A DNA stretch of 64,000 nucleotides from Balanoglossus misakiensis (Eukaryota > Animalia > Hemichordata): the NCBI GenBank assembly GCA_040954595.2, contig CM082585.2, positions 9,226,564-9,290,563 on the forward strand, given 5' to 3'. Both the position numbers and the translations under genes were made by a program. The stretch's first letter is position 1. The number at the start of each line of letters is the position of its first letter. A model generated the notes under the pieces. The model was given only the letters and a program-made list of their open reading frames with translations. It made no database searches and was not told where the DNA came from. This document shows, piece after piece, positions 38,374 to 52,284 of this stretch.

Positions 38374-40509
38374 ATGGCGACGAAGAAGGTATTGCTTGTG
38401 ACTTTAATTTGTGTAATCGTCACTCATTAAGAAATTTCTCGCCCATTAAAGGGGCATTGTCTGTAACTTCCATTTATTTTTTCAGTACTTTTACGTATAA
38501 ACTACATTTTCTTGTTCTACATTACTCGTTTTGGCGCGTATTTGGTCGGACACAAGGACCAAATATGGCGGATTATAAATTGTAAAATTGCAAATATTTT
38601 ACACCAGTTTCCGCAATCAAATACTATAGGAATTTAACTCTATCTCGTTCATTTGTTATTTCAGAGTGAAACGTTGACAGAAACACAAATTCAAGGTAAG
38701 ATCCCTTCCTGTTGTGCAATACAGTGGTTGCTGTACTTTTGGGGTTGTTTGCACGATGTCAAAGGTCGCGCAGTGCATACATTTTGCATCGACCTCGTTC
38801 ACGCGATGTTGTCATTAATTTGTTGTAGTTTTACTGTTATTGATTCTATTAGTAATGATATTGTTTATGCTAACGTGCTCATGCTCACATTTCCCGCTAG
38901 TCGCTACCGAAACTTGAAGTTGAAGGGTACATGTACATGTATACTGCACTGAATGATTCAAATTGCTAAGCAAACGTTGCTAAGGATAATTTTTAAAATC
39001 AACCAAAATGAAAAAAAAAATCACGATTATATTTGCGTTAGAAATAATACAAAACCATACAATGGTGTTTGCATCAAATTTGGAATGCTATTGCAAGAAA
39101 ATATGCAAATGAGTATGTGCTGAGTCATCAGTTTTCCGCCTTACGGTTTTCCCGCGATAGCGGTATCTGCAGGAAAGCAAGTCACGATGTTTCTTTGACA
39201 ACATAGTCTCCCCATTACGCACGCGCACAAGACTGTAGAAGGTTATAATTAACAGTGTGCAGCAAATATTATTCGCTCTGGAAGCTTCGATGCGAGAACC
39301 GGGACCTACTCTGTACTTTCTGGGCCAATGTGGGGTCGTTGTCGTCCTCAATCTGATAACAGCCGAAGACTAATGTTGTCATTTAGGGACAAATGTAAAA
39401 TATAGATTTCAAACCAGCGAGTGAATTACTTAGATGCAACGGAATGCAAATATCCGAAAGATAAAGAGTAAACAGTGTGCCAAATAGGCCTAGGCATACA
39501 TGTAGTTGACATGAGTTGACAGATTTCGAACCTCGGGTGATGAAATAACAGGTAGTCTTGTCAAAGACAGTCTGTACACGTGGATATCACAAATAACAGA
39601 GAAAGAGAAGTGAGAGAAGATATAATCTTATTAATTTGTTCCGCAAAATGCGTGAGGTTCACACGCTTACTGAAAGCCTTCTTGTTTAATTTGTGCAGAA
39701 TTCCAAGAAGCATTTGCTCTATTTGACAAAAGCGGTGATGGACAAATCACGTCAAAGGACCTTGGTGTCGTCATGAAGTCACTGGGCCATCAGCTCCAGG
39801 ACAGCCAGCTTGACGCTATGATGGATGAAGTTACCAAGAAAGGTGATTTCGTCGTCATCATCACCATCATCACCACCACCACCACCACCTATGACCACCA
39901 CCACCACCACCACTAGAACATGAATCACAATTGTTGATTCACTACTTCAGAATCTCTTCTTGTGGTGCATATTGCTTCTTACATTCGTATCCAAGCTATT
40001 AAGAACATCTTTTAAAGATATTTCTGTCTCGTTGCAGGGAAACGTTCGCTCGACTTTGACGAATTCATTTTGCTGATGGCCAGGAAAATCAAAGAACAAG
40101 ACGAAGACGACGATTTGTTGGAGGCCTTCAAAGTTTTTGACAGGGACGGCAACGGTTACATTTGTGCGCGGGAACTTCGTCACGTGATGCACAATTTAGG
40201 CGAAAATATGACACAGCAGGAAATAGACGACATGATCAAGGAAGCTGACATAGATGGCGATGGCCGGATCAACTATGAAGGTTTGTGGGTTAACTGCAAC
40301 AAGTTGAAACCACAAATGCTTGATGCCAACCAATGTGCCACATGTATTAATTGCAGTGTGATGAAACATAGCACGGAACCCAGTCGCGATTAAATTCTCC
40401 TAGCCACGGGAGGGCGCTGCAAACATATGCAGCTTACTGATATTACAACAATACATTACAATGCCTTCTCTCTTCTTTTGCAGAATTCGTCACAATGATG
40501 ACAAAATAG
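38374..40509 (+). CDS. Calmodulin-like protein 4 (152 aa, degenerate N-lobe, canonical C-lobe)
   Basis: join(38374..38388,38665..38695,39699..39842,40038..40280,40484..40509). Exons of 31, 144 and 243 nt exactly as in calmodulin. Translation [73 protein letters not shown]...[12 protein letters not shown]...[19 protein letters not shown]. An acceptor at 38339 implies an upstream non-coding exon. Confidence 0.93.
39855..39913. repeat. (CAT)n/(CAC)n simple repeat in intron 3 of calmodulin-like 4
   Basis: Directly visible trinucleotide array just after the exon 3 donor. Confidence 0.9.
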
Positions 40510-42422
40510 CCGACGTTAACAGACGATGATGGAGAAAACACATAAACAGTAATTTCTGTCACCCTGGCAATACTTGCTGCCGAACAATTTGTTGACCATC
40601 TTCAAGAGTGTAATAGAAATTTATCGTGAGCCAGTCTATCGTTGTCGCTTTGTCGTCTGCGCGGGAAATTTGGGGAGTGCATTAATCGTTTTCTCTGCGA
40701 ATGTTAACCAGTTGAACAATCGATTACAATCTTTGAAAGTGCAAAAAAATGTGATTAAATATAATGTCGTGTTATTTTACGCAATACTTCAGTCAAGGAT
40801 AGAAGTCAAAATATATTATCATGGTTTATAGTGAATTTTTTCGATAGAGTAAAAATGGCTGCCGGCGAACAGATTTCTTTATGTATTTATAGTTTTCTAC
40901 GCCAAATCTTTTCTTTTCAATCGATGAGATGTAATTTTTTTATAAATGACTTATCTTTAAATATCGATATATCAATACATGTACTTTAAAATTAAAATCT
41001 ATTTCAAATTGAACATCTCTGACCGATTACTCAGCGTCGGAAGCAAAAGACAGGTACACCAGAGCTACTGAAGGGCGCCCTCTTTTGAATAAAGACTGCC
41101 CCCTTCCCCGGACTATGAAGATTGGTAAAGAAGCTGAACTCTGCATAAACATTACAAACCCACAAATAAATTACATATGCATGCAAATTTTGTACTGAAT
41201 TGCCTGTATTTCCTTTAAAACAAATGTTTCGTTCACAAAATACTTGAAATTTGACAACGACATACCGCCGAAAATAGCGGGATGTAATGCATGGACATAC
41301 AATAGGCGTCTGGAGCGTGTATATACGTGGTCCCCATCAATTAACCGGGTCTGTTTATGTTTATAGGAGCTTGGTACATTAATGCATATTTGGAATAGTA
41401 TGTCGAGAATAATCTGTCATGTAAATGACGGTTTCAAAATTGACAGAAATAAATTCATGCATGCCATTTATCACTCGCGCCATCACCACGTGGAAATTCC
41501 CAGGGCGAATATATCGCTGACAATATTGCAATCAATTGTGAGTAGGTTTCTCGCAGAATTAAAAGGCAAAATGGCACATGCGGACAAGCGCAGCGTTTCA
41601 TGGTATAGGCACACGAAAAACATCGCGTGGAAGAAAAAGATATACTCGTGCACGTTCGTTGTTTTGTTGTGCTTTGCCTTAGTCATTTAGAATGCCCCGT
41701 TACGTCCACTGCTCAATTACTTTTGTTTTCCTTTGCAGAAAGCGCGAACCAGTCCTACCATCGTGGTCGAATGACTTACATAACGTCGCAACGAAACAAC
41801 CACGACGGTGTAAAATGACAGATAATTGCTTTAAGAATACTCTAAATAAATTTGTTATTTTTATTACAGTCTTGCGCAAAATAAATCCTGAAAAAGCCTC
41901 CTCAAATCAATAAGCATGATTCCAAATTTTCTTAGGCAACGCAAGAAATCTTTAAAGAATGTTATTTTTATTTAGACTAGTTTCTATTATACTACTGTGT
42001 TTTTGTCACTCGCTGTCACGTTCCCCAGACATCACTGTCTGTTGACACAAAAGCGCCATTGTTCGGTTATACGTTGATGGCATGTCATCGTTGAATATTT
42101 TTTTTGTTTTATTTTTTATATTTAGAAGTTCCTGCGCAAACTCACACAACGCGGGGTGAAGTGACGGTACGAATGACCGCGGTAAACCGACTGGCTTATT
42201 TAGTTTGTTAGTTAGTTGGAAGAACGCCCGTTTCGGATGACGATGAATTTGTTCCGAGACAGGAAGAGAAGGAAGACATCCGGGTTTCCAATGATCAAGA
42301 TGAAGAACATGGTCAGAATTACGGACCGGTGTGACGTCAGACTCCACACGTATGCAAAGGTAAGCGAGAAGCGAGAATCCTAACAACGGCTGGCATACAA
42401 TGTTATTGCCATCACCACTAAA

Positions 42423-42458
42423 ACCACCACCACCACCACCACCACCACCACCACCACC
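42423..42458. repeat. (ACC)n microsatellite
   Basis: Directly visible trinucleotide run. Confidence 0.92.
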
Positions 42459-43264
42459 TCAACCTCAACTTTAAAAGCAGCAAGAAAAACGCAAAAGCTA
42501 AAAAAATGCGTCCGAAATTGACGTCGAAAGTTGGACACACACAGAGAGGCAAAATAATAGATTTGAAATAAAATAATTATGATCTATTTGGAATCCATTT
42601 ACCCTCACATTTGCATGTTTGATGTCAAAATACATCAGGCAGTTATTGCAACGCCTTTCCATTTTTAAAATTTAATCATTTCAGTTCTATAGGAAGATGC
42701 AAAAGTCATGGCAGTATTCGGGGTGCAATAGTACATATAACATACCGCAAGAGATACCAGTTCATGTCTATATAAACATGTATTGAAAAGCACACACCTT
42801 TTGATGACGTACCAGCATGTCTTTTTTTTCGCGCGACATTACCCATTTCCCATGACCTTTGAACCATGCAGTGTGTAAGGCAACTCCGTTTCGCCAACGC
42901 ACCACCACAGGCAGTGTCTGGTAAAAAATATGCGCAGTAAACCCGCCCTACCTGACCAGCTGTGCGCCGGACGCCCGCCGGTTTTCACTGCAAATTATCA
43001 ATCAAAGCACTGCGCAACAGTTTAAGGTCTATAAAAACAGATTTCAGAAACCAAATGTGCATGGTAGCACTAACGTCCGAGTGGATCATAATGGACATTG
43101 TCATATTCAGAACGTTGATATGACGACAACGAATACATTAATTGCGTCTCCTCTCTTTAAAACTTCACCAACCAAAATAAATACGTATGACAATATGATC
43201 ACATTTTATAAGAACTCAGCTCCATAGCGTCAGCCATATCTTTCAGATAGTGTTCGAGATCGAA

Positions 43265-43617
43265 AACGAATTATACCAGGCTGTAATTATGATGCTTATA
43301 GCGCTCCGTTATTCAAGAATCTAAGAATTCCTGGAGTGCTAGTTTATAAACAATTCAAGCTACAGGTTGCTATTTTCGTTTGTGATGCATTACATGGTAT
43401 TAACCCCAAAGCCTTTTTTTCTTTTATAAATGCTCATGCTTATAGCACTTATAGTACTCGCTCTACAAATAAACTTATTCTCCATCCTCCTAACTCCAGA
43501 ACTAGATTAGGACAAACATCTGTCAAATCGTACTGGGTATGGAACAACATTCCAGGAAATAGTAATAATCTCCCCACGATATACAGACTTAAAAAAAACT
43601 TAATTATTTCATCATGA
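43265..43617 (+). mobile_element. Degraded 3' fragment of a non-LTR retrotransposon ORF2 (CR1/L2-group LINE)
   Basis: Translation RIIPGCNYDAYSAPLFKNLRI...YKQFKLQVAIFVCDALHGINPKAF...YSTRS...LILHPPNSRTRLGQTSVKSYWVWNNIP...RLKKNL matches the typical post-RT C-terminal pattern of CR1-group LINEs (PLF..L, YxTR, P..RT..G..S, WN.LP, F/LKK.L). Confidence 0.8.
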
Positions 43618-44401
43618 TCGAAAAAAGGGAGATGATTCCTATAGCATACTTTCCTGAAATATGATCATGCATGTCTATCTGTCTGTACATGTATTTGTGG
43701 CTATTTGTATGTCCCTATTCATACAACCACCTATACGCGTAGCTACCCATTGAAAAATAAAACCAACAATGGTCCAGTCAACCAAACAGTCGAACGACAA
43801 CTGTTTCCTTTTCGACCATAATTCACTGAGACAGATACTACCTTACATCGTTTTCTCTCGGTAGCTGTATCAATGTTGTTCCAGTTTATGTAGATTGAAT
43901 GGTATAATGATTGCGAGAATATTATCCGGTTGTAAAATAAAAGCCTAAAAATTTTAACAACAGCTAAATTAATAAATAAGTAAGCATTCGATTTTGTCTA
44001 GGGATAAAAAAATATTTTAAGCGCAAAGCTACGTTTTTATCAAATTTAAATTTACATATAGTAAGAGTATTTATAGAAATTGAGGAAGACCATACATAAA
44101 TCAGCTGAATATTAATTTACATAACGCCAGCAACAGTAGCGACCATGTGGTGAAGCTTCGTATAGGTCTATTCAAATCCAGGTAATTGTGTATGCAACGC
44201 GCGTCCGCGACCGGGGACAAACGGGACGCTAGGCGCATACAAAGCGCGGCGGCGCTTGACGATGGATTTGTGACTCAAAAGTCACTGAGCGCGGGACGCA
44301 GACGCTACCTAAAGCGTGTGGCGTGCCTCACCGAAAGTCGCAAACTTTAACGGGCACCAAACTCCACAGCGAAGGCCAAGCGTAGCCATGACAACTGAGA
44401 C

Positions 44402-47400
44402 ATGGTAAGAGTAAGATATCACTTCTACTTCTGTTCATTGGTATACCAGTGTGGTAGGGACAACTCTTGCACGGGTGGCGCGGTAATGTTATGAGAACTT
44501 TGGACAACGACGGACCATCTGTTGTTGTATATAGGACGCTCACTTTACGCTTATAGATAGCCTTTTGCCTTTTGCGAGTCGGTGAAAGACGATTTACACG
44601 CGGTGTGGTGGTCAGCAGCCTTCCCTTGTGTTCCCCCCCTGCGCCGCGTACATCAATCTTCGCCAGCATCCAGGGAATTCAAATCATGCACGCGTAGCAC
44701 GTAGTCAGATTTAGTGACAGATAGTTCCCACTGTTTCTATTTTCATGGCCGATCAAACGACGACTTGTAAATGTCTTTTGTCACACAAGGGTTTACGTGT
44801 GGATCTCCGTTCACATCAAACTGGCGTCGACCTTCCGGGTCCGTGTTTGATTAACGCAGCGCCTTTATTGTTTCGCGTGCGTTGTCGAGATTGCGATGCT
44901 AGTACACACTAACAGACTGTTTAAAACCATTTTATGGGCGTGTGTTTGTGCCCCCCTTTTGGAATTTTCTTTCTTCACCGCATTCATGTATTTACCTCAG
45001 CTCAGGCAAATCAGCGGCGGCATGTCAAGGTGACCCCATGTTGTACTTTAAAATCTCTTCCAAGCGCGCGCGCCCTGCCACTTGTTGATTTCATCAACCG
45101 CAGGAACGTAACGGGTTCGTTCGTTGGGCTCGATGTCACAACAGATGTCGCAGAATTAGAGTACAAAATTTACGTGTTTACAGCGGGCATATTCGTATAA
45201 ATATCGGCAGCCTGGTCAAGACACGACGAAACATAGAAAGATGCGCCCTCAACCTCACTGTTGTCTAAGGACAAGAGCTTCAAACCATATACGCTTTATA
45301 CAATCGCCATTTATCTGGTACGCTGGGGAATTTCCTTGTCATAACACGTTTTATAGGCGACAACTGCAACATAAATATTATTTTGAACAAATCATGTTTA
45401 TAATTACATATTCTGGCGACTAATCCCCATATTAAACGTGGTCGTCACCGCCTAACACAAAGCTGGGTCATCACAGGTGATACTGCAAATGCAAAATACT
45501 GTGAAGGGAGCGCCATTTTGCTTTGAAATTTAACTGCGGACAGAAAGTTATACCCTTTCACCGCCGCTTCGCTGTGTAGCGGTCCAACTTCGCCATGGAC
45601 ACCAATGCATTTGGATCAAACCATGGTGGTGAAAGGGTTGAAGAGACTTGACTTGAACAAGGCTGTAACCAGGATGTTCGCGGTGACCGTCACAGACGCG
45701 TCAACGGCATGACTTTGAGTTTTGTGGAACAAAAGGATGTTTTTAGGGCTATATTAGTCTGTGACCTCATAAATGTCAATTGCAGAAACTTCGCGCAAAA
45801 CGTCAACCACATAAGGCACATCAAATATCGAAACATCTGCAAACAACGCCAACATAATTTTCTAATGACGCTAATCGTCTGACCACAGAAGTGTTTGCTT
45901 GCTTCGCCGCCGTAGGGGTCACCGACTCGGAAAGTCGGGGGCGACGTTGACTCACCCGTTTCAGTTCGCTTGAACCATCTGGATGGAATACTTTTAAAAA
46001 AATTAAATACACAAACACAACTGTTTCGCGCTTCTTTCTTGTCAAAGGCAAGCGTCAATTCATAAAAAATCGACGTAGCGTGATCGTTCAGTTCGGAGAA
46101 CTCTCGATTACTGTTTTAATTTGATTAAACGCTCTGTTGAATTTGTAAATATAGAGTACTTTTTAATAGACTTTATGCGACGGTTAACAACGCGAAGGTG
46201 TTTTAACAAATACAGTTCTTCCGCCTGCCTTTTGGTAAAATTAAATTGAAGCTGGACTGTTGACAACAGGCAATGAAGTCGTCTTCTCTAGACCACTCCG
46301 GCTGACTGAGCCGCCCATCAAATTCTAGACAATTTTACCTATACGAGGTGATATTATATTAATTATTATAGCAGCTGTAACTTTTTAGTAATTTAGAATC
46401 GATGAGTGGAAATATGACATGACATTTAATTCCCAACAGAAAGGACAAATGAGACAGAAGTGATACTCGTCTTCAATACTATTTGTGTCACAGAAACAGC
46501 AGATTCTTGCTGCACGACTAAATTATTACGCAAATGTCTGTCGAATACTTTTCTTTGTTCGCTTATAACAAGCCCTGTGTAAGACACACGCATTGGGGTT
46601 GGTGAACCAAAGTGATAATGACAGACCGTGTGGTTGCACTTCTAAACTTGGGTGCGGGGGTGACAAGTGAATACAGCCATTACAAATCGCACAATTGGGG
46701 ATTGGCACCGAATGCACCTGACTGACCCGCGGTAATTGTCGACGAGAACAAAAACCCCAATCGCAAGTACAAACAGCCGGGGGTGGAAAACACAATTGGA
46801 CAATGGGGTTGTCATAACGGACAAGCAGGCGGTTCTTCAACGAGAAACAAACAGTCAACATCACAAGTGCGGGACGTGGGCTTGCTTACAAATAAAGTAA
46901 TGGGGACCGCAGTCACCGACATTGATGACGTCAATGGTGAGACACTTCTTTCAGTGTATACCACCCGTGTGAAATCTGCCGAAACACTGCTATTTGGTGT
47001 TTAAATAGCAGTGTGTATTATTTATTAGTATACCTATATTAGTATATTCTATATTTCTATAGAATGGATGTATAGATGAACCTAGACTTCACAGTGGTAG
47101 AAAATACGTTTGTGAACCCGTTCAGTAGCTAACTGAATACTCGTCATACTTTTGTACGCAACGGTTAAAGATTCGGTTGGGTTTGAAGGTTACTGCTCTT
47201 GCGTAATTAGCATTCGCCAGAGCATGTCAGTTTCCTTTGAAATGCCAATCTCGTGATTTAATTTAAGAAAATGTTTTGAAATAAAGGGGATGACACAGGT
47301 CAACTATTTGCTCTATATCACCGAGAGAGACTGGCTCCATACAGCGCCAGCCAAGCACGGCAGAAGTCCATCACGCAAGACGAATGAATGTTGACAGAAC

Positions 47401-49540
47401 GCCTTCTCGCGCCATTTTTCTGTTTATTCTTCGACTGAGGCACGAAAGTGAAAGAATTCAACATCTAAACAGTATTTGTGAACGTCTTGGGTCGTTATTC
47501 TGTCAAGACATGTATAATTTGACCCGGCATAGGTGGCGCAGACTCCAAAACCACTTCAATAAAATAATGTACTAAAACACATCTTTGATTGTTACGAATA
47601 TCTAGACCAAGTAAACTGACGTCAGCGATATTACAGCTCCATTTAAATTTGGTTATTTTTTCAGTATTTTTTAAATTTTATTTGTTAACTGCAGTTTCTT
47701 GTTCGACTGTTCATGGACGGTGATTAAATGCCCTGTAGTTACGTTTCATTCACACAGAATGTAGGTGGGTGCAGCCCGCATTTAGTCAGTACACAAAAAT
47801 AAGCTTAAAGGCCACATTGATACACATAATAATAGCCATTTCACATACTGCAGGGAGTACACAAAAGGGAAACTGTGCTGCCACACAGAACAAAGTGTGT
47901 TGCTGTCCTTCGAAATGTTATAGTTTAAGGGCCTATTCTTAATCTACAGCATTTGTGTGTATGGAGTTGAGTGTGACAATGTCTGTATCTTAGTCTACAA
48001 GCTGTACGTTTTGTTTGTTTGCTTATTTTACTACAGTCTGATTATTTGTTTGATTTCTTGATCGATTAATAGGTTGATTGGCTGATTTACTTATTTATTG
48101 ATCGAGCTATCGATCGACTGATCAATCGATTGGTAGATAAATTACATGGCAGTGTGAGAACTACAGAACAACTCTTCTATTATGCTGTTCATGATATGTT
48201 TTAATTTTTAATCGTATCCGTTTGCATTTCGTAGAAAAGATAAGAATCTCCCATTCTCGAAAAAAACTGCATGTATTTGCATACTGATTAGCCGACCCAC
48301 AGACGCGCGAGATGTATTCCATAAATAAAAGATTGGAATGTTCAATCCTCGCAATTATTTATCGTGTTTGATTTATTTTTTATGAAGTTTGGAGGATACA
48401 CTCACCGTTACTTAAAACTTCAAAGTAGGCAGGCGAACGTGGACAACTATTACACCTGATAAAACAATTGTTTCCTTGAGTTGGGAATCTCTTCGAGAAC
48501 AACATGTAACAAAATATTCGCGCACCTTTTATGTTTATGTTATTTTTATCGCGTCAAAAAACACCTTTGTCTATGACTAACTGCAACTTACAGATAAACA
48601 AATGTATCGAGAGAGATTTGTGGGTCTAGTGATAATATTGTAATGAAATACAACATACCGATCATTATTAAACTTAACATGGGTATATATTGTCATTATC
48701 TTTTCAAGTGCACAAAATTGCATTTTAATGAATTTCTAACCGGTCTGTCAATAACGGGAACTCCTGATATTTATCTCATAAAACTTCTGCATTCCAGAAC
48801 TGTTGGGTTATATACTTGTCACGAATTCCATTTCATGGATGGCGGACTTTGTGATGTATTTGAGCATCGGCGATGCGTTTCATATTTTTTTCTTCCAGGG
48901 TATCAGTCGCATTGAGTTTTTGTCATTTTCGCCGGCGAGTCCCCGCGCGCGCGTCCGTCACTTCGGGCGCTGTTTTAATATGTTCCGCGACGCATCAGTC
49001 AACAGATCCCCATGCTCATCAACATCATCCGCGCGTCTCTTAGCGACCTTGCGTCGCAGACGCGGTAAAGTTATTCTGCGCGCTCCGGCCGGTACAGGTG
49101 GCAGGACAGTAGGCCCGTTTCCCCTAAGGGGGTGCCTTCCGGTTCAAGTAATTATACAATTGCTCATAATTATTTCTGGCCAACGATGATTAATAGACAC
49201 ACACATGCAGGTATATTCGCATGTAACTTCAATGGTGACAATCGTTGGGAGATATCAATACTTGTGTGCTATGTCATTTCGCCGATGCGCCATGGCGAGT
49301 CTAATCAGGTGTTTTTCTTTTTGTGCCCCACCATTTGTGAAACTGAACTGGAACTTGAAGTCGGCTGGATTGAGTATTGCAGATAAAGCTGGTAAGTGCG
49401 ATTGATTTTATTGTTGATTTATGTTTATGACGGGTGCAGGAATTCTCAGGTGTGCGTCAGGTTGGGGGAGAGAGGGAGAGAGAGGGGGGAGAGAGACAGG
49501 TTCAGACAGGTTCATACATTTAACACACACAAATACAAAT

Positions 49541-49610
<70 letters not shown>

Positions 49611-52224
49611 GCACGCACGCACTCTTGCGCGCGCACACAGACGCACACACAAGAGAGAGGGACAAATGGCACGCAACTCGAGAGTGTTGCAATGTTGGAG
49701 GTCGCGCACTAAAAACCCTCAAACGGATGCATAATTAATAGCACTCGATGTTATGGATGAGATAAACCAAGAGAATGCAAATGAACCTCCTGGGCCAACG
49801 AGTATACCTATCTGTCCGGGAATTTTCGGTTGATTTAAAATGAAGTAGAGATTTGCATTGAGTTCGCATTTGAACTGATGGAGCGAGAGTGAAGGGCACG
49901 CACTGAAATGACATCAACAAATCGGGACAAAGTTGAGAGCTAAAGGCAGATAACGTTCGCGCTTATCGAGTACCTGACCCCGAATTAATACACGAATTGA
50001 TCCTTATTATTGACAGCATTGAACTAAGTGAGTAAATGTACATAGCTTTATTATAACTCTATATGCGCAGCTCTTCATTGTTCGAGGTGAAACCGTTTTT
50101 AAATGCGCGGACACGGAATATCGTGTTTTACTCACATTATGACGGCAACGTGACCATCAAACACGCATAATATTTGACCTTTTACGTCAAGATCGCGAGC
50201 GGGGGCGATGACGTCACTTGGGAAGAATAACATTAATGGTTCAACTGATATATTTATCTTTGAACAGGAAATCTCACTTACATTCATGAATGGTAAGTTA
50301 TAACCGCGCTACGGTTCATCGCGATTTCGTTCCAAAAACGACCGAAGCGAACGAATGACAGACGACAGAAAACTTCACTGACTTCACAACAAACTCTTTC
50401 CCTCCTCACGTTTCATCTTTATTGCTAATTATTCGTTCCATCTGACTTGATCGCTCAACACTGACGGCTTGTGAAGATCTGCATAGTTTCTCAATGCATA
50501 ATAAACTGCGCGTGACGTTACCACGCCGTTTTATGAATTGGATTTTCTGAGTTCTTTGGTCGCGATGAATTAACTGGCCGCAAATCCGGAAATTGGCGCG
50601 CATCTGGCACGGAAGGGACGGTTTGGAAGTCGTCACCGCAGCTCGAACGGAAGGCTGATGCATCTGTTTGAGATGCAAAGAGCGTCAATGCCGAATCATA
50701 ATCAAGTTAGGAATTTGGCTTCCAAGAATCGCGCGGGGTGGGGGGTGATGACACTGAGCAAATGGAAATTAAGGAAGGTTAATAAACTTAAATTCAATGA
50801 TATTGAGAGTCAGTGGCCAAGGAGTCAAATTTCTTTTCCCGCATGGTATATATTGTTCTGGCCCAGAGAAATGTAAATTTTAAAACTATTACAGTAAATT
50901 ACTTTTTTTCAATTGTAGCACTAAATGGGTACTAAACAGGGAATGTTGACGAGGACGTTGCTTCGGCTAAGAATGCGATACATCTGCGTGCCATGTTTAT
51001 TATTTAAAACAACCCTGAAAAAACGCCCTCCCTTGCGGTTTCATTGAACCCTGGTTGACTTGGGTTGTATAGAGTTTCTCGGCTGTTTTTTGACATCGTG
51101 GATATTTATATCGTGCAGGGAATTCTCAGATGTTATTTTGGAGATGTCTGGAGCTGTAAATTATGGGGTTCCACTTTGAGGCGGTTATATAGTTTACACA
51201 CATCGCAAATATATGTGACCTCGCACTACAGCTACGTGCTTGGTGGGAGACCATTTTAACACTCTTTTCAAAAACATTCTCAGCTGCACATTCTTCGTGT
51301 GGCGATCGTTTGCCGGGAAATTTCAGTGGCAACCGACCGACGTTTTTTACCAAGGATTCGTGAACACCCTCAAACTGTCAAAGCAAATCTTCCCGACCAC
51401 ATGCATACCGTGCGCATTAATCTGCCAATATTTTAGTAGGTAAACAGTCTTTCCGGCGTGTTTCTTCCGGGTTTATCACTACCTGATCCATGTATAAGTA
51501 TCACGAGTTCTTTCCAAACTGCAAAAAAGTGCAGCGTTCCCCCACTTAATAACGACATTCCGTTCACGAGACGCGGTGAAAGACAGCAACGCCATGCTTC
51601 ATGTATTACACGTCCATACAGTGCACTTCTGTTGAATAGCACAGTAACTGCACGTCGGTCGAAAGTAGACCTCTCAGAGATTCATGATAAAACGGTTATC
51701 TCCCATTAGAATAATCGTCATGTCTGCTGCCTTGGAGAGCAGAATAGAATTACAAAGAAGAAACAACGCATTATTTGCAATTCGTTGCACTGGCATTGCA
51801 CTTTACCTGCAGGCTGTATATACTGCATTTCATATTTCGCACGGGTTGTACAAACAAACCAGGAGAATGTGACCTGGTTACGGAATTTCTACGGTAATAA
51901 TATCTTGTTCTAGTTGCGTGTGAAGACAGATGGGGTCATAAAAGTTTAAACGATGTGAGGCGTTTTAAAACAGGTTGTTTTCGCCACCGAGTTGATATAA
52001 GTCTATATCGGGCCATACACAACATCAGGCGTGACCTGCTGTGACTTGGGATATCAGAACTGTTTGATAAATCGAGGAGGAAAATTGTGGTTGCTATCCG
52101 TTCACGGTCAACATATCCTGCGGAATGTCACGGGTTAATGTTATCATGCCAACGATGTGGTTATATAGAGGAATCTATTCTTAGCAACAGGGGAAAAGAA
52201 GTTGAGCGTGTTTTGCTCAAGGTT

Positions 52225-52284
<60 letters not shown>

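Noticed and set aside
42212-42334. Acidic coding-looking frame SDDDEFVPRQEEKEDIRVSNDQDEEHGQNYGPV in exon 42126-42359
   Set aside because: Bounded by in-frame stops on both sides with no ATG; the alternative basic frame from ATG 42237 is the one open to the donor.
49396-49738. ORFs with HTHTHT / CVCVCV runs
   Set aside because: Translations of the (AC)n microsatellite.
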